NCBI GenBank assembly: GCA_963790475.1
Contig: CAWBOS010000006.1
Location: 768,001 to 832,000, forward strand
Reading direction: 5' to 3'
Length of the DNA stretch: 64,000 nt
Source of the DNA: an uncultured delta proteobacterium
GTDB taxonomy: Bacteria > Desulfobacterota > RBG-13-43-22
The notes under the pieces are model-generated. The model searched no databases and was not told the DNA's origin. It was given only the letters and a program-made list of their open reading frames with translations. The position numbers were made by a program, and so were the translations under genes. Below, one piece after another: positions 38,694 through 47,477 of the stretch (position 1 is the stretch's first letter; the number at the start of each line of letters is the position of its first letter).

Positions 38694-41018
38694 TCAAACG
38701 CCTTCACGCAGTGTCCAGAACATCTCCCGCACTTGGTCATCCGTGACGAGGTCTTGCCGAACGGGTATCCGGTCCCGCCAGTGCCCGCTGCCCTCTTCAT
38801 GATTCCGCGATCCCTCTTCGCGCTCGGCGATATCCTCATCGAGCCGCCTAATCTCATACTCAAGATCGAGGCCGTACTCAGTACTGAGTCTGTCGAGTGA
38901 CTCCCGCAGCCCTGTCAGCTCATCAACGGTCGTACAGTCGAAACGCTCATCCCTAGCGCCGTTCTGTACGTAGTGCCGAAGCGCCGTCTCTAGTTGCTTT
39001 TCATCGGCATCGCTCCATTCGAATGCCTTCGCGGGGAACGCGAGGAGGTCGAGCCAGTCGTCTGCCCTCGCGTAGTCGAGTGCATCTACGACCCCGGTCA
39101 AAAGCCTGCGGTACACTTCGTGCCCACCGTGGTCGAGGAACCAGCGATTCTCCGCAATCGCGGCCAGTAGGCGTAGCACTGGTCCGAAATCGACGCCCTG
39201 CTGCTCCCACTCTCGGACAAGTTTCCCCGCCAGTTGAGAGGCCATCGCGGCAAGCTGTGTTGAATTATGAACTGCGGCGATTTTCGCAAGGAACCCCACC
39301 TTGCCTTCATAGCTCATATCAATCGGGTAGCCCCTATGAGTACCGTCCGGCATCTTCTCCCAGCGCATGGAGGGGCCCTCCAGCAGGCGTGACAACGGTC
39401 GACAAAGAAGATCGGTATTCGTCGTTAGAACATTGCTGAGTTCGCTGTCAGGTTGGGCAGCGGCGAGTTCCCAGAGATTCACAATCTGCTTGAATCGAGC
39501 GGCCGAATTAAGAAGGTCTTCGGCGATTTCGCGCTCGTTGCTGATCATCGAGGCCACGAAGTCCCGAACAGAAGGGTTAAGGAAGCTCGCGTACCCCTTG
39601 CTATACGAGAGAAAGGCGCCTTCCAGCTCCTGAAGAGCCCGGTGGAAATCTCCTGCACGAATCTGCTGATGGTACTTGGCGGCACTGTACCGGTGGAGCG
39701 CTATGAAGGCCGGTTCTAGGTCGACCGTATCCGACCATCCGCCGAACGTGTTGAAGCTGAGGAGAACGTGGCGCGCCGCGCCCGAGATTTGGTTGTGGAA
39801 CGCGTGGGCCCAGATGGTGTCCGGTGACTCTATCAGGGCCAAGACGTGTGTCCTGTAGCTATCCGCCGGAACTTGTCTCAGGCGCGAATAAGCTGATAGC
39901 CACTCGATCAGTCTAGGATTGAAGTGCTCGTGCTTGATAATATCGAGGAAGAAGTCCTCCTTCAGCAGTTCGTCTTTGTACTCCTGTGGGAGGTCACTGA
40001 AATAGAGATGGTTATAGAGAAGCCGGGCTCGGGTCCCATACGAATAGTCGCCCAGCTGGAGGATGCAGCGATGGTCTAAGATCGGACTGTGGGCAAGCCG
40101 CTCCGAGATTTGGAGAGCCCCGCTCAGGATATGTTCCCGCGTAGTGAGAATGAATCGAGACTGGGGGGACCGGCGGACCATCTCCATGAAATCCACCATC
40201 GCTGTATCTTGATTTCTGCCAAGGTATTCGCGGCGGTCGCCCAAGAATGTCTGGCCGAGGAAGTCGTCGTAGTAGAAGATTTGCTTGCGCGCGGACTTGA
40301 AGAGATCCTTCGCCTCGGAAATCTCCGCTTTGATCGCGACCGGCTCGTATCCGTCTTCCAAATGTGAGTAGAGGAGCATCTCGGCCAGTGTGGTCTTGCC
40401 GATCCCTGGGGGGCCCGTCACAACGACAATGCGGGTTTCGTTGAGGATCTCAGTCGCCCGCGGGTAAGCATCGCTCTTGACGAACAGAGGAAGCTTGCGA
40501 CGTAGGCGATCAACCTCGAAATCTGTCTGGCACAACGTTGCATTGTGAAGCACTCGATCGAGAACGCTCGTGCTGGTGAGCCATAGTTTAAAGTTGGCGC
40601 GCTCGACCTCCGAATGGCGGCTGAGCAGGCCTTCGATATCGTCTGCGCCGAGGACGTCCCGAACACTCAACACGAACGGCTGAAGCGCTGTGACGATTTC
40701 GTCCTTATTGCCGGGAGTGAGGCTGACAGAGGTTGCTACCACATAACGGGTCGGGCCCAAGCGCTGGATCTTTGGGAGTTCTCCGGCACGCAGATTCGCC
40801 AGCAACTTGGCGAACCCAGAGTTCGCGAAGTGCTTGCACTGGATGATTGTCGCACCATCGTCTGCCGGCGCATACCGCAAGTCGATCCCACGATCACGGC
40901 CGCTGCGGAAGGCTTCGAGCGCGATCTTCCACTCCGCCTGTAGAAGATCGCGGATCAACTCCTCAAAGTCCTGACCTGAGAGAGATTTGAAGTCGTAACG
41001 TGGCATTCGCTGCACCAT
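38694..41018 (-). CDS. Mrr-like restriction endonuclease fused to a STAND (nSTAND3-like) NTPase; candidate defence protein
   Basis: FEEL..DRGIDL..IQCKH nuclease; GPPGIGKT Walker A; YYDDFLG Walker B; ILTTRE; visibly GC-richer than flanks. Confidence 0.85.
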   Translation of the reverse strand: MVQRMPRYDFKSLSGQDFEELIRDLLQAEWKIALEAFRSGRDRGIDLRYAPADDGATIIQCKHFANSGFAKLLANLRAGELPKIQRLGPTRYVVATSVSLTPGNKDEIVTALQPFVLSVRDVLGADDIEGLLSRHSEVERANFKLWLTSTSVLDRVLHNATLCQTDFEVDRLRRKLPLFVKSDAYPRATEILNETRIVVVTGPPGIGKTTLAEMLLYSHLEDGYEPVAIKAEISEAKDLFKSARKQIFYYDDFLGQTFLGDRREYLGRNQDTAMVDFMEMVRRSPQSRFILTTREHILSGALQISERLAHSPILDHRCILQLGDYSYGTRARLLYNHLYFSDLPQEYKDELLKEDFFLDIIKHEHFNPRLIEWLSAYSRLRQVPADSYRTHVLALIESPDTIWAHAFHNQISGAARHVLLSFNTFGGWSDTVDLEPAFIALHRYSAAKYHQQIRAGDFHRALQELEGAFLSYSKGYASFLNPSVRDFVASMISNEREIAEDLLNSAARFKQIVNLWELAAAQPDSELSNVLTTNTDLLCRPLSRLLEGPSMRWEKMPDGTHRGYPIDMSYEGKVGFLAKIAAVHNSTQLAAMASQLAGKLVREWEQQGVDFGPVLRLLAAIAENRWFLDHGGHEVYRRLLTGVVDALDYARADDWLDLLAFPAKAFEWSDADEKQLETALRHYVQNGARDERFDCTTVDELTGLRESLDRLSTEYGLDLEYEIRRLDEDIAEREEGSRNHEEGSGHWRDRIPVRQDLVTDDQVREMFWTLREGV

Positions 41019-41065
41019 CCCCGGGCATTATGTCACGGGATACCTACTCGTGTGCGGTCGCCGAG

Positions 41066-41197
41066 AACAAGTTGTTCTAAGGTTTTCGTATAACTTGACA
41101 AATCAAAAGTTTCGTGAAATCAACCCCCGATCCTTTGTTTTTTGATGACATCAGGGTTGCCTAACTCTTCAGATTCTTTGTAACTCATTATAAATGA
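41066..41197 (-). repeat. attI-like direct repeat, copy 2
   Basis: TAGAAC-AACTT-GTT then CTCG; similarity to copy 1 stops exactly after GTT. Confidence 0.75.
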
Positions 41198-41216
41198 TAA
41201 ATATTATCATAACAAC
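41188..41216 (-). promoter_or_regulatory. Pc-like sigma70 promoter facing the cassettes, containing a Fur-box-like palindrome
   Basis: TTGTTA-17-TATAAT on the minus strand; TGATAAA-T-ATTATCA in the spacer. Confidence 0.55.
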
Positions 41217-41319
41217 TGTATAATATTGCTTAAAATTTGAGGCAGGTATATTCTTCAAAACAACATGATATACAGAAATAGATGGATTCATCCTTCTGGT
41301 TGTACCTTTTCCTTGGTAG

Positions 41320-42294
41320 CTATTCCCGCTCAAACGGTTTCCCAAGACCTGAGGGAGGGGCCAGGCGCAGGAATCCGGCCAGGGACCTGCCGATCGGTCC
41401 TGGTAAGAGTTCCACCACTCGTTCCAGTCTTTGATTACTTACCAGGGCCAGGACGACGATCATGAAAACAAAAGGAGCCACCTGAAAGACCTGGATGGGC
41501 ATTGAAGGTAATACCCCCTGAAGGAGGATACCCAGGGATTGAAGCCCGCCGAACAGATAGGTGCCCAGTGCTGCTTTGAAGGGATGCCAGCCGCCGAAGA
41601 TGACGATGGCCAGGGCGATCCAGCCGATCCCCAGGGTATGCTGATAACTCCATCCCAGCTTGACGCTCAAGGAAAAATTGGCCCCGGCCAGGCCCACTAG
41701 GCTTCCGCCGATCAGGGTGTAAAGGTAGCGGACACCTCTGACAGAAATCCCCCGGGCATAGGCCGCTTCCGGGCGTTCACCCACCCCGCGCATGGCCAGG
41801 CCCGGTCCGGTCTTGAATATCCAGAACCAGGCCAGAAATATCAGTAGAAAACTGCCATAGGTAAACAGGTTATGGTTAAAGAAGAGAGGACCCAGAACCG
41901 GTATGTCTTTTAAAATCGGTATGGCCAGGTGCGGCATCTCCGGCCCGGGTTTTCGGACAAAGGGGTTCCCCAGGAAGGAACTGAGATCGGTGGCCAGCAA
42001 AGTCATAATGAACCCCACCGCCACCTGATCTTGACGGAGTTCGATACCGGCCACTACCACAATGAGGGCGACCAGGGCCCCAATCCCCATGGCCGACAAG
42101 AGGCCAAGGACCAGGCTGCCTGAGCCATAGGCCACGGCAAATCCGGTCATGGCCGAAAGCAAAATACTTCCGTCCAGGGAAAGGTTGATGACCCCGGCCT
42201 TCTCGGTTATGGTCTCCCCGATGCAGGCATAGACCAGAGGAGATGAATCAGCCAGGATGGAGGCCAGCATCCGTATCAGAAAATCCCAGTCCAT
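41320..42294 (-). CDS. ABC transporter permease (nucleoside/sugar type)
   Basis: EKAGVINL, VGERPEAAYARG, GWIALAIVIFGGW. Confidence 0.92.
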   Translation of the reverse strand: MDWDFLIRMLASILADSSPLVYACIGETITEKAGVINLSLDGSILLSAMTGFAVAYGSGSLVLGLLSAMGIGALVALIVVVAGIELRQDQVAVGFIMTLLATDLSSFLGNPFVRKPGPEMPHLAIPILKDIPVLGPLFFNHNLFTYGSFLLIFLAWFWIFKTGPGLAMRGVGERPEAAYARGISVRGVRYLYTLIGGSLVGLAGANFSLSVKLGWSYQHTLGIGWIALAIVIFGGWHPFKAALGTYLFGGLQSLGILLQGVLPSMPIQVFQVAPFVFMIVVLALVSNQRLERVVELLPGPIGRSLAGFLRLAPPSGLGKPFERE

Positions 42295-42362
42295 ATTTTA
42301 GTCCCTTGAGTAAATCAACATCAACAAAGCTTTGTCGATCAGATCCTAAAATCCTCTTTCCT

Positions 42363-42441
42363 GTCACCCCGGCGAAAGCCAGGGTCCAGTCCCGCCAAGG
42401 CTAAATTAAATTCCTGGATTCCGGGTCAAGCCCGGAATGAC
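42363..42441. repeat. REP doublet (REPIN-like)
   Basis: GTCACCCCGGCGAAAGCCAGGGTCCAG ... CTGGATTCCGGGTCAAGCCCGGAATGAC in inverted orientation. Confidence 0.7.
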
Positions 42442-42583
42442 GAAAAGGTGCTTTTGTTTTTTAAACAACGTCGTCTACCTTGAAGTTGAACCGTTTACAA
42501 TTTCAAAAAGGTGTAATAAGAAAACAGGATTCGAGATTCATCCTTCGATTATTCCTATTTTCATGCATTGTGGTGTCACGCCC

Positions 42584-43642
42584 CTAAGCGGGGTATGACG
42601 GTTTGGTGTGTTTCTGCCTCCACACCCTGGCCTGTATTCCTCGGGCCAGGATGACGAAAAGGACTAAAGCTTCCTGCAGGACCCCTCCCAATGAGGAATC
42701 GATGTGCATGACCATCGGTAATTGGAGACTGCCCTTATTGGCGGCCGCAAAGAAAAAGGCCACCGGGGCGATCCAGAGGGTCTGATTCCCGGTCAGCAGG
42801 ACCACCAGGATAGCCAGGTAGCCGTACCCGCTGGAAATCGAGGGGACTAAACGATGATACAGTCCGATGGCTTGAATGGCGCCGGCCGCGCCAGCCAAGG
42901 CCCCGGCCAGCCCAAAGGCCAGGAGGATATTCCTTTCCACCTTTAGACCCAGAAAGAAGGAAGCGGAAGGATTATTACCCACGGCCTTCAGTTTGAGGCC
43001 CCACATGGTACCCCGCAGGGCAAACACCGACCCCAAAATAGCCAACCCGGCCAGGATTATCTCCACCGGCCCTAAAGACAGGTTGAAAAGACCGGGAAGC
43101 AGGGCGGAAGATCGAAAAAACTCTGTCCCGCTCATGGTGGCCGTTCCGGGTTGTTTCCAGGGGCCGAAGATGAGAAAGTTTGTGGCCCCCACGGCCACAA
43201 AATTGAGTCCCAAACCGGCGAATATCTCATGCACCCGGCCGTAGATCCGCAGAAAGCCGGTCAGGCAGGCCCAGAGAGCACCACCGGCCATGCCGGAAAG
43301 GATTATCAAAGGGATGAGCCCATAGGAGGGCAGGTCTAAGGACCTGGCCGCCCAGGTCGCGCCAATCGCCCCCATAATCATCTGCCCCTCTATTCCTATA
43401 TTCCAAAGGCCGGCGGCAAAGGTGAAGGACAAACCAACGGCACATAAAACCAAAGGCACCCAGGCCACAAAAACATCGGCCCATTTATTGACACTGCCGA
43501 AGGCCCCCTTGAGCATATTCCCATAGGCCTCGATCGGCGAGGCCCCCATGGCTACTAAAATCACCATGGTAAAGAGCAGGGCCAGGGCAACAGCTAGAGT
43601 GATCATGACCCAGGGGGCTGAGTGGTTCCTTGGAGGCGTCAT
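42584..43642 (-). CDS. ABC transporter permease
   Basis: WNIGIEGQ, GYGYLAILV. Confidence 0.92.
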   Translation of the reverse strand: MTPPRNHSAPWVMITLAVALALLFTMVILVAMGASPIEAYGNMLKGAFGSVNKWADVFVAWVPLVLCAVGLSFTFAAGLWNIGIEGQMIMGAIGATWAARSLDLPSYGLIPLIILSGMAGGALWACLTGFLRIYGRVHEIFAGLGLNFVAVGATNFLIFGPWKQPGTATMSGTEFFRSSALLPGLFNLSLGPVEIILAGLAILGSVFALRGTMWGLKLKAVGNNPSASFFLGLKVERNILLAFGLAGALAGAAGAIQAIGLYHRLVPSISSGYGYLAILVVLLTGNQTLWIAPVAFFFAAANKGSLQLPMVMHIDSSLGGVLQEALVLFVILARGIQARVWRQKHTKPSYPA

Positions 43643-45102
43643 AATCCCTTTCCGCCGATCATTTCTGCTAACTGCTGAGCATTCGTTTCTTCGGCTTTCA
43701 ACAGCCGGGAAACCTGACTGCCGGAGAAGACCAGGATAAAGTCGCTATGCTCCATGATCTCATCCAGGTCGGAAGAGATAAACAGGATGGCTGTCCCTTG
43801 TTCACAGCGGGTCATCAATTTGTCCCAGACCCATTTGGCCGAGTCGATGTCCAAGCCCCTGGTGGGGTGTTCCATCAGCAGAAGGGAGGGATGATCCGGA
43901 AGGAGGGCCAGTAAGGTCCGCTGCTGGTTACCGCCGGAGAGGGCCTCGACCCTGGTTTCCGGGGTCCCGATGATATTAAAAGCCTGGATGCGGGAAGCGG
44001 CTCTGGCTCCGGACTTTGCCCAATCAATGACAAAAGTGGGGTCCTCTTCCGTCAGCAGGAAATGTTCGGTCAGATTAAGCCCTCGAATCATTCCCTCTTC
44101 CAGCCGGGCGGCCGGTACATAGGCCATACCAAAAGACCGGAACCTTTGATAACCCTGACCGGTCAGATCGGTCCCGCAAAGCCGGATTTTTCCTTCCCGG
44201 ATCTTCCGCAAACCGGCGCATCCCTGGAGAAACAGCCGGCGGCCGCTTCCTCCAGTGCCGGCCAGGCCGATCACCTCTCCCTGCCGCACCGCCAGGCAAA
44301 GGTTGGAGATACAAATTCTTTGTTCTTCCAGACAGAAATCGGAAAGTTCCAATACCAAAGCCCCCGAACAGCCTTTTCTGCCGGTTTGCATATCAGGCAA
44401 CCGGCCAAACATCAACTGGACCAGTTGGTCGATATCAAAAGGAGACTGCACTTCCCCGGCCACCCTTCCCTGACGGAGAACAATGACCTGTTGACAGAGA
44501 TCCTGGATGTCTTCCAACTTATGTGAAACGAGGATGATGATGTGACCTTTCCCGGCTAAGAGCCGGAGACCGGCGAAGAGGGAATTTTTCTGGGAAGCGG
44601 ATATGCCGGTGGTGGGTTCATCGAGAATGAGCACCTTAACACCCGAGGCCAGCAGGCCTATGATTTCGGCCTGCTGTCGTTCGCCGACGGACAGGGTTCG
44701 CTCCAGGGCGTCGGGATCGAGGTGAAAATGAAGAAACCCGGCCTGTTCTTTCAACCAGAGTTTAGCTTTTTTTCGATTGATGCGCCAGCCGGCATTCCTT
44801 CCCAAAAGAAAATTATCCAGAACAGTAAAAGGAAGGAAATCGAAAGGGTCCTGCTGAAGCATTCCGATGCCCTGGTCAAGGGCCTGGGCCGGAGACTTAA
44901 TACGGACCGGACGGCCGTCAATGAGGATTTCCCCGGCGTCGAGAGAAAGAAAGCCGGCCAATATCTTCATCAGGGTGGTTTTGCCGGCCCCGTTTTCACC
45001 CAGGAGTCCATAGATGCGGCCGCTTTCAAAAGTGACCCCCAGGCCGTCAACGGCCCGGACCGGTCCGAAGGATTTGTAGATGTCCCGCAGCTCAACCTTC
45101 AT
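43639..45102 (-). CDS. ABC transporter ATP-binding protein (two NBDs)
   Basis: GENGAGKT, ILDEPT, LSGGNQQ. Confidence 0.94.
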   Translation of the reverse strand: MKVELRDIYKSFGPVRAVDGLGVTFESGRIYGLLGENGAGKTTLMKILAGFLSLDAGEILIDGRPVRIKSPAQALDQGIGMLQQDPFDFLPFTVLDNFLLGRNAGWRINRKKAKLWLKEQAGFLHFHLDPDALERTLSVGERQQAEIIGLLASGVKVLILDEPTTGISASQKNSLFAGLRLLAGKGHIIILVSHKLEDIQDLCQQVIVLRQGRVAGEVQSPFDIDQLVQLMFGRLPDMQTGRKGCSGALVLELSDFCLEEQRICISNLCLAVRQGEVIGLAGTGGSGRRLFLQGCAGLRKIREGKIRLCGTDLTGQGYQRFRSFGMAYVPAARLEEGMIRGLNLTEHFLLTEEDPTFVIDWAKSGARAASRIQAFNIIGTPETRVEALSGGNQQRTLLALLPDHPSLLLMEHPTRGLDIDSAKWVWDKLMTRCEQGTAILFISSDLDEIMEHSDFILVFSGSQVSRLLKAEETNAQQLAEMIGGKGL

Positions 45103-45105
45103 AGT

Positions 45106-45246
45106 GAGACCTCTGAAAAATGCCCCTTTTGCCCAATCTCCTCGTCAGGCTTAAATTTCAATCCTCGAAATATTTCATATATTCCTGCGGTTGAAATTTT
45201 CGCCTTGCTTGACCTTGGCCAAAATTAAACATCTTTCAAAGGTCTC
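45106..45246. mobile_element. MITE-like element
   Basis: Terminal IRs GAGACCTCTGAAAAATG / CATCTTTCAAAGGTCTC; internally self-complementary. Confidence 0.72.
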
Positions 45247-45279
45247 ATGGCAAGGTCTGGTTGAAAGTGAACTGCTTCT

Positions 45280-46470
45280 TTATTTACTTGGCCCGGTCAT
45301 GCCTTCAAGCAGTTGAGGAAGATACCAGACCTGTTTGTCGTTGGCCGTCTGGCCGTCTTTTAAAAAAACCGAGCCGTCTTGAAACTTGAGCGGACCTTTG
45401 AACAAGACGATCTTTCCGGAGGCCAGTCCTTTGATAAATTCTTCCACCTTGGCCAGGGCCTCTCCCTTAAGGGCCGGACCCGGCAGGAAGCCGACGGCGC
45501 TGGTGTCCGGGTTATTAATATTTTTCCAGTCCGGACCGGCCCATTCGAAGGCCTGTTTCCAGGTCCCGGTCCGCCAGGCCTTCACCAGCTTCAGATATGC
45601 GGGCCCCCAGTTAAAGTAAGGCACACCCAGGCAAACCCCGGGGGCCTCTTTGCAGGCCTCCTTGAAGTCATAAGGAACGGCCGATACCTTCATTCCCTCT
45701 TTGGACTTCTTGCCGGCCTGAACCAGAGCCTCGTTGGTGTCGAGCCCGGACATGAGCACGTCGGTCCCCCCGGTGAAGAAATCATTGGCCACCTTGGTGG
45801 GATCGAGGGTTACACCCGGGATGTTGAACCAGAATCCGATCCATTTGACGTCGAATTTAAGATCACTTTCCTTTTTCCCCCGATAATGGGTCCAGGCGTA
45901 TCGGGCCCCCAGGTAGGCCGCTGCAACCAGCCGCCGGGTTTCATCATTGATAAGGGGACCCAGGTAGCCGATCTTGCCGGTCTGGGTGGACATGGCTGCC
46001 GCACATCCGGCGATCATCTTGGTATATTCCATGCGCCCCATATAGTTGCCTAAATTTTTAGGGGCCTTGCCGGTCCAGACATCATCCCCGGAAACCTGAA
46101 TAAAGGTAACTTCCGGGTATTTCTTTGCCGCCAGGCGGGTCTCATCCTTGAAATCATCAGAGGTGGTAAAGATCAACTTGGCCCCTTTGGCAATCATATC
46201 GCTGACCACCTGATCCAGTGTGGTCCCTTTGCGGTCGGCCGGGTTGAGCTTGTCTAACCAGATCATTTTGGCCCCCGGCATTTTTCCTTCCACATACTTG
46301 CCAGCGGTGAAATGAGCCTCGCTCCAACCGTGGTCATTGTAAGGACCCACCAGCACCACGCCAAAAGTAAACGAGCCTGAGGTGGCCGCCAAAGCGCCTC
46401 CCATCAGGAAGAAAACCAACAGAAGAGTCCCCGCAAGAATCAATCCCGTAATAGATTTTTTCCTTTTCAT
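45280..46470 (-). CDS. BMP-family ABC substrate-binding protein
   Basis: Signal peptide, GPYNDHGWSEAH, YFNWGPAY; start MKRKK. Confidence 0.9.
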   Translation of the reverse strand: MKRKKSITGLILAGTLLLVFFLMGGALAATSGSFTFGVVLVGPYNDHGWSEAHFTAGKYVEGKMPGAKMIWLDKLNPADRKGTTLDQVVSDMIAKGAKLIFTTSDDFKDETRLAAKKYPEVTFIQVSGDDVWTGKAPKNLGNYMGRMEYTKMIAGCAAAMSTQTGKIGYLGPLINDETRRLVAAAYLGARYAWTHYRGKKESDLKFDVKWIGFWFNIPGVTLDPTKVANDFFTGGTDVLMSGLDTNEALVQAGKKSKEGMKVSAVPYDFKEACKEAPGVCLGVPYFNWGPAYLKLVKAWRTGTWKQAFEWAGPDWKNINNPDTSAVGFLPGPALKGEALAKVEEFIKGLASGKIVLFKGPLKFQDGSVFLKDGQTANDKQVWYLPQLLEGMTGPSK

Positions 46471-46615
46471 GTTCCCCTCCTTGAGCAATAGCTGGTTCAT
46501 TTTGATTTAGAGAAGCAGTGAACAGAGAAAAGCAAAACCTTCTTTTTTATATAATAATTTTAACAAAAAGAAAAGAAGAGTTCAAAAGCGGGTTGACAAT
46601 AAAGAAAGGCTTGGG

Positions 46616-46696
46616 TTGGCAACCCTGAATAAAATCCCTTCCCCCTGATTAAATAGGGAGTTAGCTGGATGACTTAAAGCAAAGTGAAGGGGGGCA
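46616..46696 (+). repeat. Dispersed ~80-bp repeat, copy 2
   Basis: Aligns with the reverse complement of 25921-25998. Confidence 0.75.
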
Positions 46697-46804
46697 GCTA
46701 AAGAAAGGTGGTTGCAAAAAGGATTTTTACTTGATATGTAGAAAGGAGTCTTTGAAACACAATTCCTGAATCAGTATAGTTTTAATAAAAAAGGAGGCTA
46801 TTGG

Positions 46805-47389
46805 ATGCAGATACTTGCTTTTAACGGAAGCCCGCGGAAAACCGGAAATACCTCGGCCATCATCAAGGCCATGCTCAAAGGGGCAAAATCAGCGGGTGCT
46901 AAAACCACAGAGGTCCGACTACACGATATCATTCTCAAAGGATGCATGGGATGCCTGACTTGCCGAAAAAGGCCGGGAAAATGCAAGCAGCAGGACGATC
47001 TGAGCCCTTACCTGGAAGCGATCAAGACCTGTGACGGGGTCATTTTCGGCACACCGATTTACATGTACCATGTGACCGGACAAATGAAGATGTTTATCGA
47101 TCGATGTTATTCCCTTTATGTCAGTAAGCAGGACGGCTCAGGTTATACTTCCGCTGTGCCGGCAGGCAAGACCTTCGCCCTGGTGACCTCGCAGGGACAT
47201 CCTGATGTGGAGCGTTTTCAAAAACCGATCCGCTGGTTCGCCGGCATGACCGGGGGCGGTTTAGGGATGATAGAGGTCGGTAGAATTATTCAAGGAAACA
47301 GCCATCTGGCGCCGGCCAAGGCCGATGAAGCCCTTTTGGAAAAGGCTTATAACATCGGACGGCGGCTGGTGAAACGGGATGAGAGTTAA
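46805..47389 (+). CDS. Flavodoxin-fold iron-sulfur flavoprotein / FMN reductase
   Basis: GSPRKTGNT, CMGCLTC..C, GTPIY, KMFIDR. Confidence 0.9.
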   Translation: MQILAFNGSPRKTGNTSAIIKAMLKGAKSAGAKTTEVRLHDIILKGCMGCLTCRKRPGKCKQQDDLSPYLEAIKTCDGVIFGTPIYMYHVTGQMKMFIDRCYSLYVSKQDGSGYTSAVPAGKTFALVTSQGHPDVERFQKPIRWFAGMTGGGLGMIEVGRIIQGNSHLAPAKADEALLEKAYNIGRRLVKRDES

Positions 47390-47428
47390 GAGGGTCAGAA
47401 TCTAAGGAGCGCTTTAATGGTATTTCAA

Positions 47429-47462
47429 GAAAAAGAGGGCCATTCCTTCGGGCCCTCTTTTT
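47429..47462. terminator. Bidirectional intrinsic terminator
   Basis: AAAAGAGGGCC..GGCCCTCTTTT between convergent genes. Confidence 0.8.
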
Positions 47463-47477
47463 CTTGGTGAACCGTGC

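Noticed and set aside
41216-41232. Possible LexA box next to the attI-like site
   Set aside because: CTGTATAATATTGCTT lacks the closing CAG, and no intI follows.
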